Source of the DNA: Methanoregula sp.
GTDB lineage: Archaea; Halobacteriota; Methanomicrobia; Methanomicrobiales; Methanospirillaceae
Assembly (NCBI GenBank): GCA_041645435.1
Contig: JBAZQB010000002.1
Coordinates: 413,556 to 477,555 of the forward strand
Length of the DNA stretch: 64,000 nt
Direction of reading: 5' to 3'
The translations under genes and the position numbers were made by a program. A model generated the notes under the pieces. That model was not told the DNA's origin. It saw nothing but the letters and a program-made list of their open reading frames with translations, and made no database searches. Position 1 is the stretch's first letter; each line of letters begins with the position of its first letter. This document shows positions 24,519 to 34,360 of this stretch, piece after piece.

Positions 24519-26930
24519 TTAGTAATCTCCATGGAGCAGTTCATTGATAACGGATAAAAACCTCACTTTTTCAAAACCACTTTTTTCCATGTACACATCA
24601 GCCCCGACTGCAATACCGTGTGCACGGTCTTCTCTGGTATCAAGTGAAGTGACCAGTACTACGGGCAGGTAGGAAAGTCTTGAATCGGCCCGGATTTTTT
24701 CCGTGAGTGTAAAGCCATTCATGCGGGGCATGTCCACATCTGAGACGACCATATCAAACTTATCCTCCTTAAGCATTGCGAATGCTTCCATACCATCGCG
24801 TGCGGTCACCACTTCGTGGCCTCCCTGCTCAAGTATGTTAGCGAGAAACATCCGGGAAGTGACAGAATCCTCAACAACAAGCACACGTCCGGAAATCACA
24901 TCGTGCTGCTCTGCATACGGTACCGGAAGGTCTGTTTTTATCGCTTCCTGGATCAGCTCAATCGGGTCAAGTACAATGGCTATGGTTCCGTCCCCGAGAA
25001 TTGCTGCCCCCGTGATGCGTTTTACCCTGCGCAGCTGACTGCCAAGAGGTCGCACAACGATCTCCTGGACCTGGAGAACCTCATCCACCATACAGGCAAT
25101 CTGTCCCGCCCCGTAGGCAATGATAATAATCGGTACCTGTGCAGGTATTTCCGGGGTGCGGTGATATTTGCTGATGCCGAGAGCATCTGTAAGCCTGATG
25201 ATACTGATGATTTCTCCCTTGAGGGTTATTGTTGGCCGGTTATCATGGAAGACAATGGCATCTGGTTTTGTCCTGAATACCTGCCGGACCTGCTGCATGG
25301 GAAGGACATACCGGTGACTACCGGATCGAACAACCACTCCCCGGAATGTGGCAAGCCTTACCGGGACTCGCAAAGTGATACTGGTCCCTTTCCCTGGTTG
25401 CGAGGCAAGGATCACATTTCCGCCAAGACGCGTTACGGTATCTTCAACAATTGCAAGACCCAGGCCCCTTCCGGAGATATCCGATACATCGGGTTTTACG
25501 GAAAGCCCGGAGCGGAAGACCAGCCATAGAGCCTCTTCATCGGTAAGTTTTCCGGCCTCACGGGCTGTGATGATCCCGTTTTTTACTGCCGCGGTTCGCA
25601 CATTATTACAGTCGATCCCGGCTCCATCATCTGACACCTCGATGCCGACTTTGCTGCCTGACAGGGGGGCGATACGGATACGGACCATTCCTCGCGCAGG
25701 TTTGTGTTGTTCTTCCCGGATATCGGGATACTCAATCCCGTGATCGATACTGTTGTTTATCAGGTGCATCAGTGGATCTTTAAGCGATTCGAGGATACGA
25801 CGGTCCATCTCAATCGCTTCACCTTCAATAATGAGATCGACATTTTTTCCTGTATTTCGTGAATATTCCCGAACAAAACCTGAGAATGGCAGCAGGATTT
25901 CAGCAATAGGTACCAATACCGCATCATGGATAAGATCAGATATCTCTGATGTGCTCGTTTCGAGTGCAGACCGGTCAAGTTCTGTTGCACGGATATGAGC
26001 TCCCAGATCATGCCTGAGATAAGCCATGAATTCCCGGTCATATTCTAAGAACTCAAGCATATGGCGTAGCGGGACGATAAGATCCGGAGGAAGTGTGGTT
26101 TTTTTAGTGTCAGTGATGGCTTCCCGGAGTAAATAAAGATCTGATGAAACCATGGCGTGGTTCCAGCGCCACTGGGAAAACCGGGTCATCATCTCTTCAA
26201 GCTCCCGCATCCTGTGAGTGATGAAGAGCCGTGTTGTAAGGAGATCATCAGAACCTGCGATAAGACGGTCGAGTTTATGTGCCGAAATCCTCACCGTGGC
26301 ACTGCTACCGGTTCTTGGATACTGCCCCTCGTTCTGGATAGTCGGTGGAACAGGAAACAATCCTGATGCTACAGGTTTGGTTTTACCAGTTGAACTCTCC
26401 GGAAAAGAGCCACTATCATGGGGAGTATCCCGTTCCGGGCCCGTTGAAGCGACAACGCGGATGACGGGGGATGTGTTGAGAAATGTATTTTTATTATCTC
26501 TCTGGCTGGTGTCCGGATAGTGTCCCGCACTCTTTTTTGGGGCAATCAGTCCCCTGATGGCCAGTATGACTTCAGCAGAACTGGGTTGTTGAGCCTGGGC
26601 ACCCTGCAAATGTATCCGGATAACCTTTACCGCATTGTGGAAAATATCAAATGCGTCAGCATCAGGTGAATATCCCCCGTTCTTGATGGTGGCAAAGACA
26701 TTTTCAAGATTCTGGCACACCAGTTCGATCTCTTTTACACTGACTGCCCGTGCAGCTCCTTTCAGGCTGTGGATTGTACGAAAAACCTTCTCGGTCACCT
26801 TCCCTACGGTTTCCGGTCCGGTCTTCTCCATCTCAAGAAGGCCTTCGGTAATGGTATTTACGTATTCCTCTGCCTCTTCTCTGAATGTGGCAAGGAGTTT
26901 TTTCCTGAATTCATCATCCTGACCGGTCAT
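24519..26930 (-). CDS. cheA: Chemotaxis histidine kinase CheA with C-terminal receiver domain (CheA-REC hybrid)
   Basis: Hpt motif TIHSLKGAARAV. HATPase boxes HLINNSIDHGIE, DDGAGI and GRGLGLAIV. A CheW-like P5 domain, then REC (RVLVVEDSVTSR...VSDVDMPRMNG). Confidence 0.9.
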   Translation of the reverse strand: MTGQDDEFRKKLLATFREEAEEYVNTITEGLLEMEKTGPETVGKVTEKVFRTIHSLKGAARAVSVKEIELVCQNLENVFATIKNGGYSPDADAFDIFHNAVKVIRIHLQGAQAQQPSSAEVILAIRGLIAPKKSAGHYPDTSQRDNKNTFLNTSPVIRVVASTGPERDTPHDSGSFPESSTGKTKPVASGLFPVPPTIQNEGQYPRTGSSATVRISAHKLDRLIAGSDDLLTTRLFITHRMRELEEMMTRFSQWRWNHAMVSSDLYLLREAITDTKKTTLPPDLIVPLRHMLEFLEYDREFMAYLRHDLGAHIRATELDRSALETSTSEISDLIHDAVLVPIAEILLPFSGFVREYSRNTGKNVDLIIEGEAIEMDRRILESLKDPLMHLINNSIDHGIEYPDIREEQHKPARGMVRIRIAPLSGSKVGIEVSDDGAGIDCNNVRTAAVKNGIITAREAGKLTDEEALWLVFRSGLSVKPDVSDISGRGLGLAIVEDTVTRLGGNVILASQPGKGTSITLRVPVRLATFRGVVVRSGSHRYVLPMQQVRQVFRTKPDAIVFHDNRPTITLKGEIISIIRLTDALGISKYHRTPEIPAQVPIIIIAYGAGQIACMVDEVLQVQEIVVRPLGSQLRRVKRITGAAILGDGTIAIVLDPIELIQEAIKTDLPVPYAEQHDVISGRVLVVEDSVTSRMFLANILEQGGHEVVTARDGMEAFAMLKEDKFDMVVSDVDMPRMNGFTLTEKIRADSRLSYLPVVLVTSLDTREDRAHGIAVGADVYMEKSGFEKVRFLSVINELLHGDY

Positions 26931-26942
26931 GAGCAGGGAATA

Positions 26943-29327
26943 TCAGACATGGTACTGAACGGTGAGTTTCTTTAAGCGCACACCCAGTTCATGCAGGTCT
27001 TCTGCCGTCTTTTCTGCTTTCCGGGTAATTTCGAGATTTTTCTGCGCTGCATCCCGGATCTTTTCCATGGCAAGTGAGATCTGGTCAACACCGGCAGCCT
27101 GTTCCTGGATGGATGAAGTAATTTCAATTGCTTCGCGCGAAGAGTCAGCAATCGAACGAGTAAGCACTTCGATTGCCTCCCGTGCATCGGAAGTCAGCCT
27201 GACTGCATCCGCAACGGAACGGGTTCCCTGCTCGGTAGATACCACCGTTGAAGAGACACCCCGCTGGATATCGGTTAAGATCGTGCGGATGTTTGCCGTT
27301 GCCTGTTTTGATTGCTCTGCGAGGTTGTGAATCTCATGGGCAACTACCGCAAAACCTTTCCCGAAATCACCGGCTTTTGCCGCTTCAATGGATGCATTAA
27401 CTGCAAGGAGGTTGGACTGTTCCGATATATCGGTTACCGTTGCAATGATCTCCCCGATGGCCTGGCTCTGTTCAGAGAGCTTGATGACACTCATTCCGAT
27501 GGTATCCATCTGCCGCTGGATGTGGTTCATCCCATCGAGAATCTCCTGCACGGATTTCTGGCCTTCACCGGAAACGGTTATGGCTTTCATCGCTTTTTCC
27601 GACACGGATTTTGACTTGAGAATCACAATGTCGGTCTTTTTCCTAACGCCTTCTACGGTATCTGATGTGTCATTGACGGTACTTGCCGTCTGGGAGCTGG
27701 CAGTTGCGAGTTGGGTAGTTACCGTCAGGATCTCGCTTGATGCCGAGGAAAGGACGGAGACCCCTTCGTAGAGTTCCTCATTGATCAGTTTCATTAAGCG
27801 CTGGAGCTCGATACCGATCGTGTTGAGTGCATCCCGGTAAGCAACAAATTCACCCGCTACCGGTATCTTCTCATCAAACCGGGCAGTAAAATCACCGGAT
27901 GCATAGAACCGGGCCAGGCGCATGGCCTCGTTCACCGGCTCGGTGATCGTTTCAAGGGTCTTATTGAACCCGGCGATGATCATCCGGTACCCGCCCCTGA
28001 ATGCATTCTCATTCCCGCGAACGGAAAGGTCCCCGGCCCTTGCAGCATCGGTAAGTTTGATCGTCTCTTTGTGGAGGTGGTCCAATGAATCAACCATCAT
28101 CCTGAGTGCAGGACGGATCTCATCGCGATCATCAACCGGCTCAGCAAAGGCTTCGATATAATCCCCTTTAGCAATCTTTTTGATATTCCCGACGACATTG
28201 GTCTGGAGATCATCGGCAAACTCATCCATGGTTGCGGCCATGATCCCAATCTCATCCTGTCTTTTAATATTGAGACGTGCAGAAAGGTGGCCGTTCCTGA
28301 GTTCCTTGATCATGACCACTACCGACTGAAGTGGACCCGATATTGAACGACCAAAGAGAATTGCAATGGCTGCACCAATGGCCATCGATGCGATCATCAG
28401 GGCGAAGATGGTATTTCGTATGGTATCAATGGGCCCGGTGAAATCCGAGAGCTCAGCGCGTGATACAATATACCAGTCAAGAGGTTCATAATATGTGTAG
28501 GCATCAAGGACGTTCATCCCGTCTACTTCATGGGGAACTGCACCTTCCTTGTTCCTGAACATCTGTTTAACATAATCCTTATCTGCCCAGTTCTGCCCTT
28601 CCGAGCTTGGATGGACCAGCACATTTCCCGCGCTGTCAATCACATACATGTAGCCATTCTTACCGACAATGGTCTCCCGTATACTCTTCTTGACCACGTC
28701 GAGGGTCTGTCCTTCTTCTGTTCCCACGAATAGAACGCCAATTACCTTTCCGCTGGGATCTTTGATCGGCTCATAAGCTGTGACGTAATTTTTCCCAAAC
28801 AGGTCGCGTCTTCCATAGTACGTAACATCATCGTTCACGGTCACTTTATAGACATCATCAGTCAGGCGGGTTCCGACTGCACGCTTCCCATTCGTATCCA
28901 GAACATTGGTTGAAATGCGGACCGCGTAACTGTTATTGTATACCTGGAAAACGGTTGCAGCTCCCCCGACCATTGCCTGCACCTGGTCGACCGTCTCGAA
29001 GTTATCATTGACCACGTAACGGTTGCCCCTGCTGTCGATTAAGGTCATTTTGTCATTAATGACTTCAGGCGTGCCCTTGCCATAGAAATTCTGTTTTGCC
29101 ACATTGAGGTCACTGTTGACCTTATTGCGGGTCAGCTTGTAGACATCATTGGTCCATCCTTTCATATCCCCGACCTGAGTTTCTAACAAGGCCTGGGTCT
29201 GTTCACTGATAACGCTGCTTGAGCTGGTATACGCGACCAGCCCGAGCAACAGTGTCGGGATGATTGCCAAGAAAAGACAGATGACGAGAATCTTGGTCCC
29301 GACTTTCATATTGGAAAAAAACTGCAT
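26943..29327 (-). CDS. Methyl-accepting chemotaxis protein (TM, Cache-like sensor, TM, HAMP(s), MA domain)
   Basis: Two TM segments flank a roughly 280-aa extracytoplasmic domain. HAMP ([21 protein letters not shown]). Highly conserved signalling hairpin [34 protein letters not shown]. Confidence 0.9.
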   Translation of the reverse strand: MQFFSNMKVGTKILVICLFLAIIPTLLLGLVAYTSSSSVISEQTQALLETQVGDMKGWTNDVYKLTRNKVNSDLNVAKQNFYGKGTPEVINDKMTLIDSRGNRYVVNDNFETVDQVQAMVGGAATVFQVYNNSYAVRISTNVLDTNGKRAVGTRLTDDVYKVTVNDDVTYYGRRDLFGKNYVTAYEPIKDPSGKVIGVLFVGTEEGQTLDVVKKSIRETIVGKNGYMYVIDSAGNVLVHPSSEGQNWADKDYVKQMFRNKEGAVPHEVDGMNVLDAYTYYEPLDWYIVSRAELSDFTGPIDTIRNTIFALMIASMAIGAAIAILFGRSISGPLQSVVVMIKELRNGHLSARLNIKRQDEIGIMAATMDEFADDLQTNVVGNIKKIAKGDYIEAFAEPVDDRDEIRPALRMMVDSLDHLHKETIKLTDAARAGDLSVRGNENAFRGGYRMIIAGFNKTLETITEPVNEAMRLARFYASGDFTARFDEKIPVAGEFVAYRDALNTIGIELQRLMKLINEELYEGVSVLSSASSEILTVTTQLATASSQTASTVNDTSDTVEGVRKKTDIVILKSKSVSEKAMKAITVSGEGQKSVQEILDGMNHIQRQMDTIGMSVIKLSEQSQAIGEIIATVTDISEQSNLLAVNASIEAAKAGDFGKGFAVVAHEIHNLAEQSKQATANIRTILTDIQRGVSSTVVSTEQGTRSVADAVRLTSDAREAIEVLTRSIADSSREAIEITSSIQEQAAGVDQISLAMEKIRDAAQKNLEITRKAEKTAEDLHELGVRLKKLTVQYHV

Positions 29328-29485
29328 ACTATCCTTAACCCTTCCAGTACCCGTTCACAACTTGGTAATGAATAGACTGATCGCATATATTTTAAAAGTA
29401 CTGATATTGTTCACTAACCCCTCTCATTTTATTACGGTGCAACAGAGAGTGGAATGTGGGTAGAGTGTAAAATGAATGGGAAACG

Positions 29486-30466
29486 TCAGGCAGCAGTCTC
29501 ATCGACAAGCATACGGGTATCGGTAAGGAGTGCAGCCCCATCCAGCACAATAATGCCGTCGACAACTCCTAAAATAAAAGGATCGGCACCTGTGGGTGGG
29601 ATCGTTTTTGGTGCAGCGGGTATACTGGCCGGTATTGTGGCAATACCGGTGATATAATCGGCAAGGATGCCAAAGGTCATTGTTCCGTTAGTGACCACGA
29701 TAACCCGGTTTAAATCAGTAAGACCTCTGTCATAGACGGAGAAGAGCGCCCGGAGATCCACGAGTGAAATGATCTCTCCTCGTATTGCACAGATACCAGA
29801 GATATATTCAGGTGTCCCCGGGACCGGCGTAATACCCCCGGTAAGGACCACTTCCCGGACATACTTCATACTGATAGCATATTCCTGGTAGGCAAGCCGG
29901 AATTTCAGTACCTCGATTCGTTCAATTCCCCGGGATCTGGCTGCTGGTTGTGAGAGTTTTTGTGCCCGTTCTGCAAGGATTGCAGTAACTCTTCCCGTCT
30001 CCTCTTCCCCGGTATCCTCAAGGGGACTGACCTTCCTTGCCGGGAGGGCAATATGGATCTGTTCAGGATTGGGACACTTCAAAAAACCTGCCAGATTATG
30101 AATGATGACCAGTCCTTCGGACGTAATGGTCATATCCGGCACAACAGATTCGCCTGTCGGTGTGGATGTATCTTCCTTGGTGAGGCGGGTATCCGGACTG
30201 ATGCCGGATGTCTCATCAACCCAGAGAGCAACGCAATCGGAACCCGCCTTTGTTACAATCAGGACATCAGAAAGGCGGGGTTTTCTGTTGGGAAATCCAA
30301 GAAGCATCCGGATCTGGTAGACCGGCACCGTTCGGCCATGGAGGTTGATCACACCGGCAATCCCAAACCCCCCTTCGGATTGAGGAGTTACCAAGACCAT
30401 TCGCTCGACAAACACCGTCTTTCCTACCGTGATTGCACAAGAGATCCCTTCAACCGAAAACTGCAA
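29486..30466 (-). CDS. cheW: Coupling protein with two tandem CheW-like domains
   Basis: Two CheW-like cores (GVINLHGRTVPVYQIR and GICAIRGEIISLVDLR) separated by an acidic linker. Confidence 0.8.
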   Translation of the reverse strand: MQFSVEGISCAITVGKTVFVERMVLVTPQSEGGFGIAGVINLHGRTVPVYQIRMLLGFPNRKPRLSDVLIVTKAGSDCVALWVDETSGISPDTRLTKEDTSTPTGESVVPDMTITSEGLVIIHNLAGFLKCPNPEQIHIALPARKVSPLEDTGEEETGRVTAILAERAQKLSQPAARSRGIERIEVLKFRLAYQEYAISMKYVREVVLTGGITPVPGTPEYISGICAIRGEIISLVDLRALFSVYDRGLTDLNRVIVVTNGTMTFGILADYITGIATIPASIPAAPKTIPPTGADPFILGVVDGIIVLDGAALLTDTRMLVDETAA

Positions 30467-30727
30467 CAGGGTCGTCGTACCGCTTCACCCGATAATCCCT
30501 CATTGGTGCTGATGTAATAAAAGTGTAGAGGAAATGAAACCTGCAAGTAATTCTGGTAATACACGGCAGTACCACTCAGAATTTTAAGGAGTTGTTTTTT
30601 ATTGTTTTTTGTTAAGGGACAGAAGCGAGGGGTAATCGTTATGCAATCTCAATCTATGTGACCCTAAATGGTGTGAATAATCTTATAAAAATCCTGGGGA
30701 CCCTTTTGGTCCTTGTCGAAAAACGAG

Positions 30728-30799
30728 TGGACTGGGCGGGAATTGAACCCGCGGCCTCTCCCATGCCAAGGGAGCGATCTACCACTGATCTACCAGCCC
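30728..30799 (-). tRNA. tRNA-Ala(GGC): tRNA-Ala (anticodon GGC)
   Basis: The reverse complement folds as a perfect 72-nt cloverleaf: GGGCTGG-TA-GATC-AGTGGTA-GATC-G-CTCCC-TTGGCAT-GGGAG-AGGCC-GCGGG-TTCAATT-CCCGC-CCAGTCC-A. The G3:U70 alanine identity pair is present. Confidence 0.92.
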
Positions 30800-31044
30800 G
30801 CTTCCTAACTAGTAGGATGCCATAGGTTAAAAGAATTGTTTAAGTCTTACGAAAAAGGACGATGGTTTCTACGAGTGATACCACTGTTTTTATACATTGT
30901 ATCAACTGTTGCAGAAATCTAAAAAAATTTATCCGGGAATTATTAAAAATAAATGACAGAATGCATGTCTACATGGTAACCGTCACACGTCTCCATTTTA
31001 ATGCTAAATTCTGGGACTATGAAAAAGGGATTCCCCGGAGATTA

Positions 31045-32181
31045 TTATTCCAATAATGGGGGATTGTGTATTGGGAGAAGTGATTGCGCCAGTCGCAAGC
31101 GGGCATCCCCCATTTCCGATCTTTTCACGATCCTGCCGTTATTTATAAATTGTTCAATCAACGGGTGTGTATTATCCGGTTGTTTCTGGAGGACGGGTAA
31201 TACCATATGTTCTCCTGAGGGCATTGCATACACCTGTTTTTTCCCGCTCCTCTTACCCCGTTTTGCTTTTACTTCTCCTCCAATCTCCACAATATCCATG
31301 GCAAAGTCAATCACCGGCGCATTTGCAATGGATCCCCCGACACCGAATGCATCCACAATATCGCGGTACGCAATAATTTCCTCCCGTGTAACACCCCCCG
31401 ACAGGAAGATCTTCACGCTGGAATACCCGTGTGCATCGAGTTCCCAGCGGACTTCTTCGATTATCGATCGCATATTGCCCCGCCTTGAACGAGGCGTATC
31501 GAGCCTGACTGCGGTCGCGCCGCATTCAGCTGCCCGCAGGGATTCAGATTTTTCATCACAGTACGTATCGGATAGCATGATCCGCGGGACGTCTGCTGGA
31601 GCGTGCTTGTCAAACGAGCGCCATGCTTCTTCTGGCTTGTCGTAGCACATCACAAACGCGTGCGGCATGGTACCGACAACGGGAATTCCCTCTGGTGCAC
31701 AGGTATTGGAGACTCCGTCCACCCCGCCGATCCATGCCGCCCGTTCGATCATGCGGGCGATTGCCGGATGCTGCCTGCGGGAGCCAAATGAGTAAACCGG
31801 ACGGTCATGAGCGGCGATCTTGATATGAGCAGCAGCAGTTGCAATGCCGGAGGCGTGGCAGAGGAACCCGAGAATCGCTGTCTCGAACCGGCAGAAATCC
31901 CGGTATTTCCCGGATATTCTCAGCACCGGCTCATTTTTATAAAAGACAGCGCCTTCCGCCATTGCATCAACCGTTACCGGCAATCCTTCGAGCAGCGCGA
32001 GCACATCTGAGAGCCCGCAGAAGACCGACCACGAGTCGGGAAGTGCGGATGCCGTAACTTCCATTACCACTTCCGGGTTGATCCCCTCTGCCTTGAGCGT
32101 CTCTTCTGTGCGCTCAAAATAGATGTCCGTGCATTCTCCGTTACGGATCGTCTCATCGCTGACCGTATCGAACATACCCAT
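31045..32181 (-). CDS. Nicotinate phosphoribosyltransferase (archaeal-type NAPRTase family)
   Basis: N-terminal TDIYFERT, PRTase type II core GTMPHAF...RLDTPRSRRG, and size of about 380 aa typical of archaeal members. Confidence 0.8.
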   Translation of the reverse strand: MGMFDTVSDETIRNGECTDIYFERTEETLKAEGINPEVVMEVTASALPDSWSVFCGLSDVLALLEGLPVTVDAMAEGAVFYKNEPVLRISGKYRDFCRFETAILGFLCHASGIATAAAHIKIAAHDRPVYSFGSRRQHPAIARMIERAAWIGGVDGVSNTCAPEGIPVVGTMPHAFVMCYDKPEEAWRSFDKHAPADVPRIMLSDTYCDEKSESLRAAECGATAVRLDTPRSRRGNMRSIIEEVRWELDAHGYSSVKIFLSGGVTREEIIAYRDIVDAFGVGGSIANAPVIDFAMDIVEIGGEVKAKRGKRSGKKQVYAMPSGEHMVLPVLQKQPDNTHPLIEQFINNGRIVKRSEMGDARLRLAQSLLPIHNPPLLE

Positions 32182-32349
32182 ATGAGATGATGGTGCTTTT
32201 GAGGAATTTACGCTTGTGTAATGTTCTTTGAAAATTCGCTAAATATTAGTGTCACCCGCGACAACCATTCTCCAGCGCAGGTAATGCATGCAGTCTGTAT
32301 CGAATACGTTTGCCGGTAAACCGTTCTCATGGAACGGAGGATGGTGCTG

Positions 32350-33021
32350 ATGCTCGGCATTATCGGGGGCACAAGCCTTCTCTTCTCTGAGCTGCCGGAG
32401 CTTCAGAAACGCCGGGTGCACACGCCGTTTGGCAACGCGGAACTCCTCTGTGGGGATATTGTGATGCTGATGCGCCACCAGCAGGGGCTCCCGCCACACA
32501 GGATCAATTACCGGGCGAACATGGCCGCGCTTGCAATCGAGGGTGTGGACCGGATTATCGCATTTGGATCCACGGGGTCCTTAAACCGCGAGATTGCACC
32601 CGGCTCGCTCGTGATCCCGACCGATTACGTGAGCATGACCGATATCCCTTCGATCCACGACCATGCAATCGAGCATGTGCTTCCCGTCATATCTGAAGAT
32701 CTTTCAAAAATGCTCGCCTCCCACATACCCGGAGCCCGACACGGCGGAGTTTACGTGCAGACAAAAGGCCCCCGGTTTGAGACCGTTGCCGAAATCCTTG
32801 CCTTGTCACGGGTCGCCGACCTTGTGGGGATGACAATTGCCTCTGAAGCCACCCTTGCCTGTGAACTGGGCATGGATTTTGCCGCACTCTGCACGGTAGA
32901 TAACTATGCAAACGGTCTGGCTGACGGGATATTGACTTTTGATGAGATTCTTGAGATCTCGCGGTCATACCGGCACCGCACCGCAGAACTGGTAAACACA
33001 ATAATCAGTCATATGGCATGA
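32350..33021 (+). CDS. MTAP-family purine nucleoside phosphorylase (methylthioadenosine/methylthioinosine phosphorylase-like)
   Basis: MLGIIGGTSL...FGSTGSL...VGMTIASEATLA are PNP/MTAP motifs. Start 32350 chosen (GGAGG 9 nt upstream). The ORF is open from 32329. Confidence 0.8.
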   Translation: MLGIIGGTSLLFSELPELQKRRVHTPFGNAELLCGDIVMLMRHQQGLPPHRINYRANMAALAIEGVDRIIAFGSTGSLNREIAPGSLVIPTDYVSMTDIPSIHDHAIEHVLPVISEDLSKMLASHIPGARHGGVYVQTKGPRFETVAEILALSRVADLVGMTIASEATLACELGMDFAALCTVDNYANGLADGILTFDEILEISRSYRHRTAELVNTIISHMA

Positions 33022-33027
33022 GACTGA

Positions 33028-34359
33028 ATGGTGATGATTATGGAAAAAATGGACAATATTTTCAATAAACGGCAATCGATCCTGATTGCGAATGTGATGG
33101 TGAATGGAAAGTCTGTAGATATTTTTGTTGATGATGGTGGTGCTATCGCTGCGGTCGGGGAAGGTGTACGGGGACCGCACAAAGGTGAAGCAGATCTGGT
33201 GATTGACGGGGATGGTGCGATTGCACTTCCCGGTCTTGCCAACACCCACACTCATGCGGCCATGTCACTGCTCCGCGGGTATGCGGATGATATGATCCTG
33301 CAGGACTGGCTCAGCCAGAAGATCTGGCCGCTCGAAGCGCACCTGACCGGCAACGATGTGTACTGGGGAACAAAACTGGCGTGTCTTGAGATGATTAAGA
33401 CCGGTACTACTGCATTCAACGACATGTATTTCATGATGGATGAGGCAGCGCGGGCGGTAGATGAGTCCGGGATACGTGCGGTCCTCTGTTACGGGTTTAT
33501 CGATCTCTTCAATGCAGAAAAACGTGAGGCGGAGTGCAGGGCAACCGAGAAGCTTGCAGCTCATATCCGTTCGATGAATAATCCTCGCATCAAGGCCGCA
33601 GCCGGACCTCATGCAATCTACACCGTCTCTCCTGAAGGCCTGAAGTGGTGTGCAGAGTTTGCCAAAGAGCAGAAGATCGGTATTCATATCCACTTGTCCG
33701 AGACAGAAAAAGAGATCAACGATTGTATCGCCCAGCATGGTAAACGCCCGGCAGCGCTGCTGGATGAATGCGGGATTCTCACTCCCAAAACCATTGCCGC
33801 CCACTGCTGCTGGCTTGATGATGCGGAGTGTGCCCTGCTCGGAAAACGGGGTGTCTCGGTATCACACAACCCGGCGAGCAACATGAAACTTGCTACCAAC
33901 CGGGCAATGCCCACCCGCCAGCTTACTGATGCCGGTGCGAATGTCTGCCTCGGTACCGATGGCTGCGCCAGCAACAACAACCTCGATATGTTCGAGGAGA
34001 TGAAGACCGCGGCACTCCTCCAGAAATTCTTCTGGAACGATCCAACCGTTCTTCCGGCTCCTGCGGCACTTGCAATGGCAACGACAAACGGTGCACGGGC
34101 GCTGGGCTTTGGCACCGGGACGCTCACGGTGGGTGCACCCGCAGATATCGTGCTCGTCTCCACCCGCACAGCTTGTAATATACCCCTGCACAATGCTACA
34201 TCCAATCTCGTGTACTCGTGCAGCGGGGCTGCGGTTGAGACCACCATCTGCGATGGCCGGATACTGATGCTGAACCGTGAGATCCCGGGTGAAGATACGA
34301 TCCTTGCCGGAGCAGCAAAGGCAGCCCTTGAGCTCGTTGGTCGATCACAACCCGCATAA
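33028..34359 (+). CDS. mtaD: Amidohydrolase: 5-methylthioadenosine/S-adenosylhomocysteine (5'-deoxyadenosine) deaminase
   Basis: Metal-binding LANTHTHAAMSLLRGYADDM, HLSET and LGTDGCASNNNLDMFEE are hallmark MtaD/DadD motifs. Confidence 0.85.
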   Translation: MVMIMEKMDNIFNKRQSILIANVMVNGKSVDIFVDDGGAIAAVGEGVRGPHKGEADLVIDGDGAIALPGLANTHTHAAMSLLRGYADDMILQDWLSQKIWPLEAHLTGNDVYWGTKLACLEMIKTGTTAFNDMYFMMDEAARAVDESGIRAVLCYGFIDLFNAEKREAECRATEKLAAHIRSMNNPRIKAAAGPHAIYTVSPEGLKWCAEFAKEQKIGIHIHLSETEKEINDCIAQHGKRPAALLDECGILTPKTIAAHCCWLDDAECALLGKRGVSVSHNPASNMKLATNRAMPTRQLTDAGANVCLGTDGCASNNNLDMFEEMKTAALLQKFFWNDPTVLPAPAALAMATTNGARALGFGTGTLTVGAPADIVLVSTRTACNIPLHNATSNLVYSCSGAAVETTICDGRILMLNREIPGEDTILAGAAKAALELVGRSQPA

Positions 34360-34360
34360 T

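Noticed and set aside
24703-28161. Plus-strand ORFs antisense to cheA and the MCP gene (for example 24816-25529, 25348-25743, 26962-27330, 27388-27771)
   Set aside because: These are shadow ORFs inside long, motif-rich minus-strand genes.
31001-31645. 214-aa plus-strand ORF
   Set aside because: It is fully antisense to the NAPRTase gene and has Ser/Pro/Arg-rich shadow composition.
34277-34360. Upstream extension of the ComEC-MBL ORF overlapping the end of mtaD
   Set aside because: An internal Met directly after the mtaD stop precedes a signal peptide, so the extension is unnecessary.
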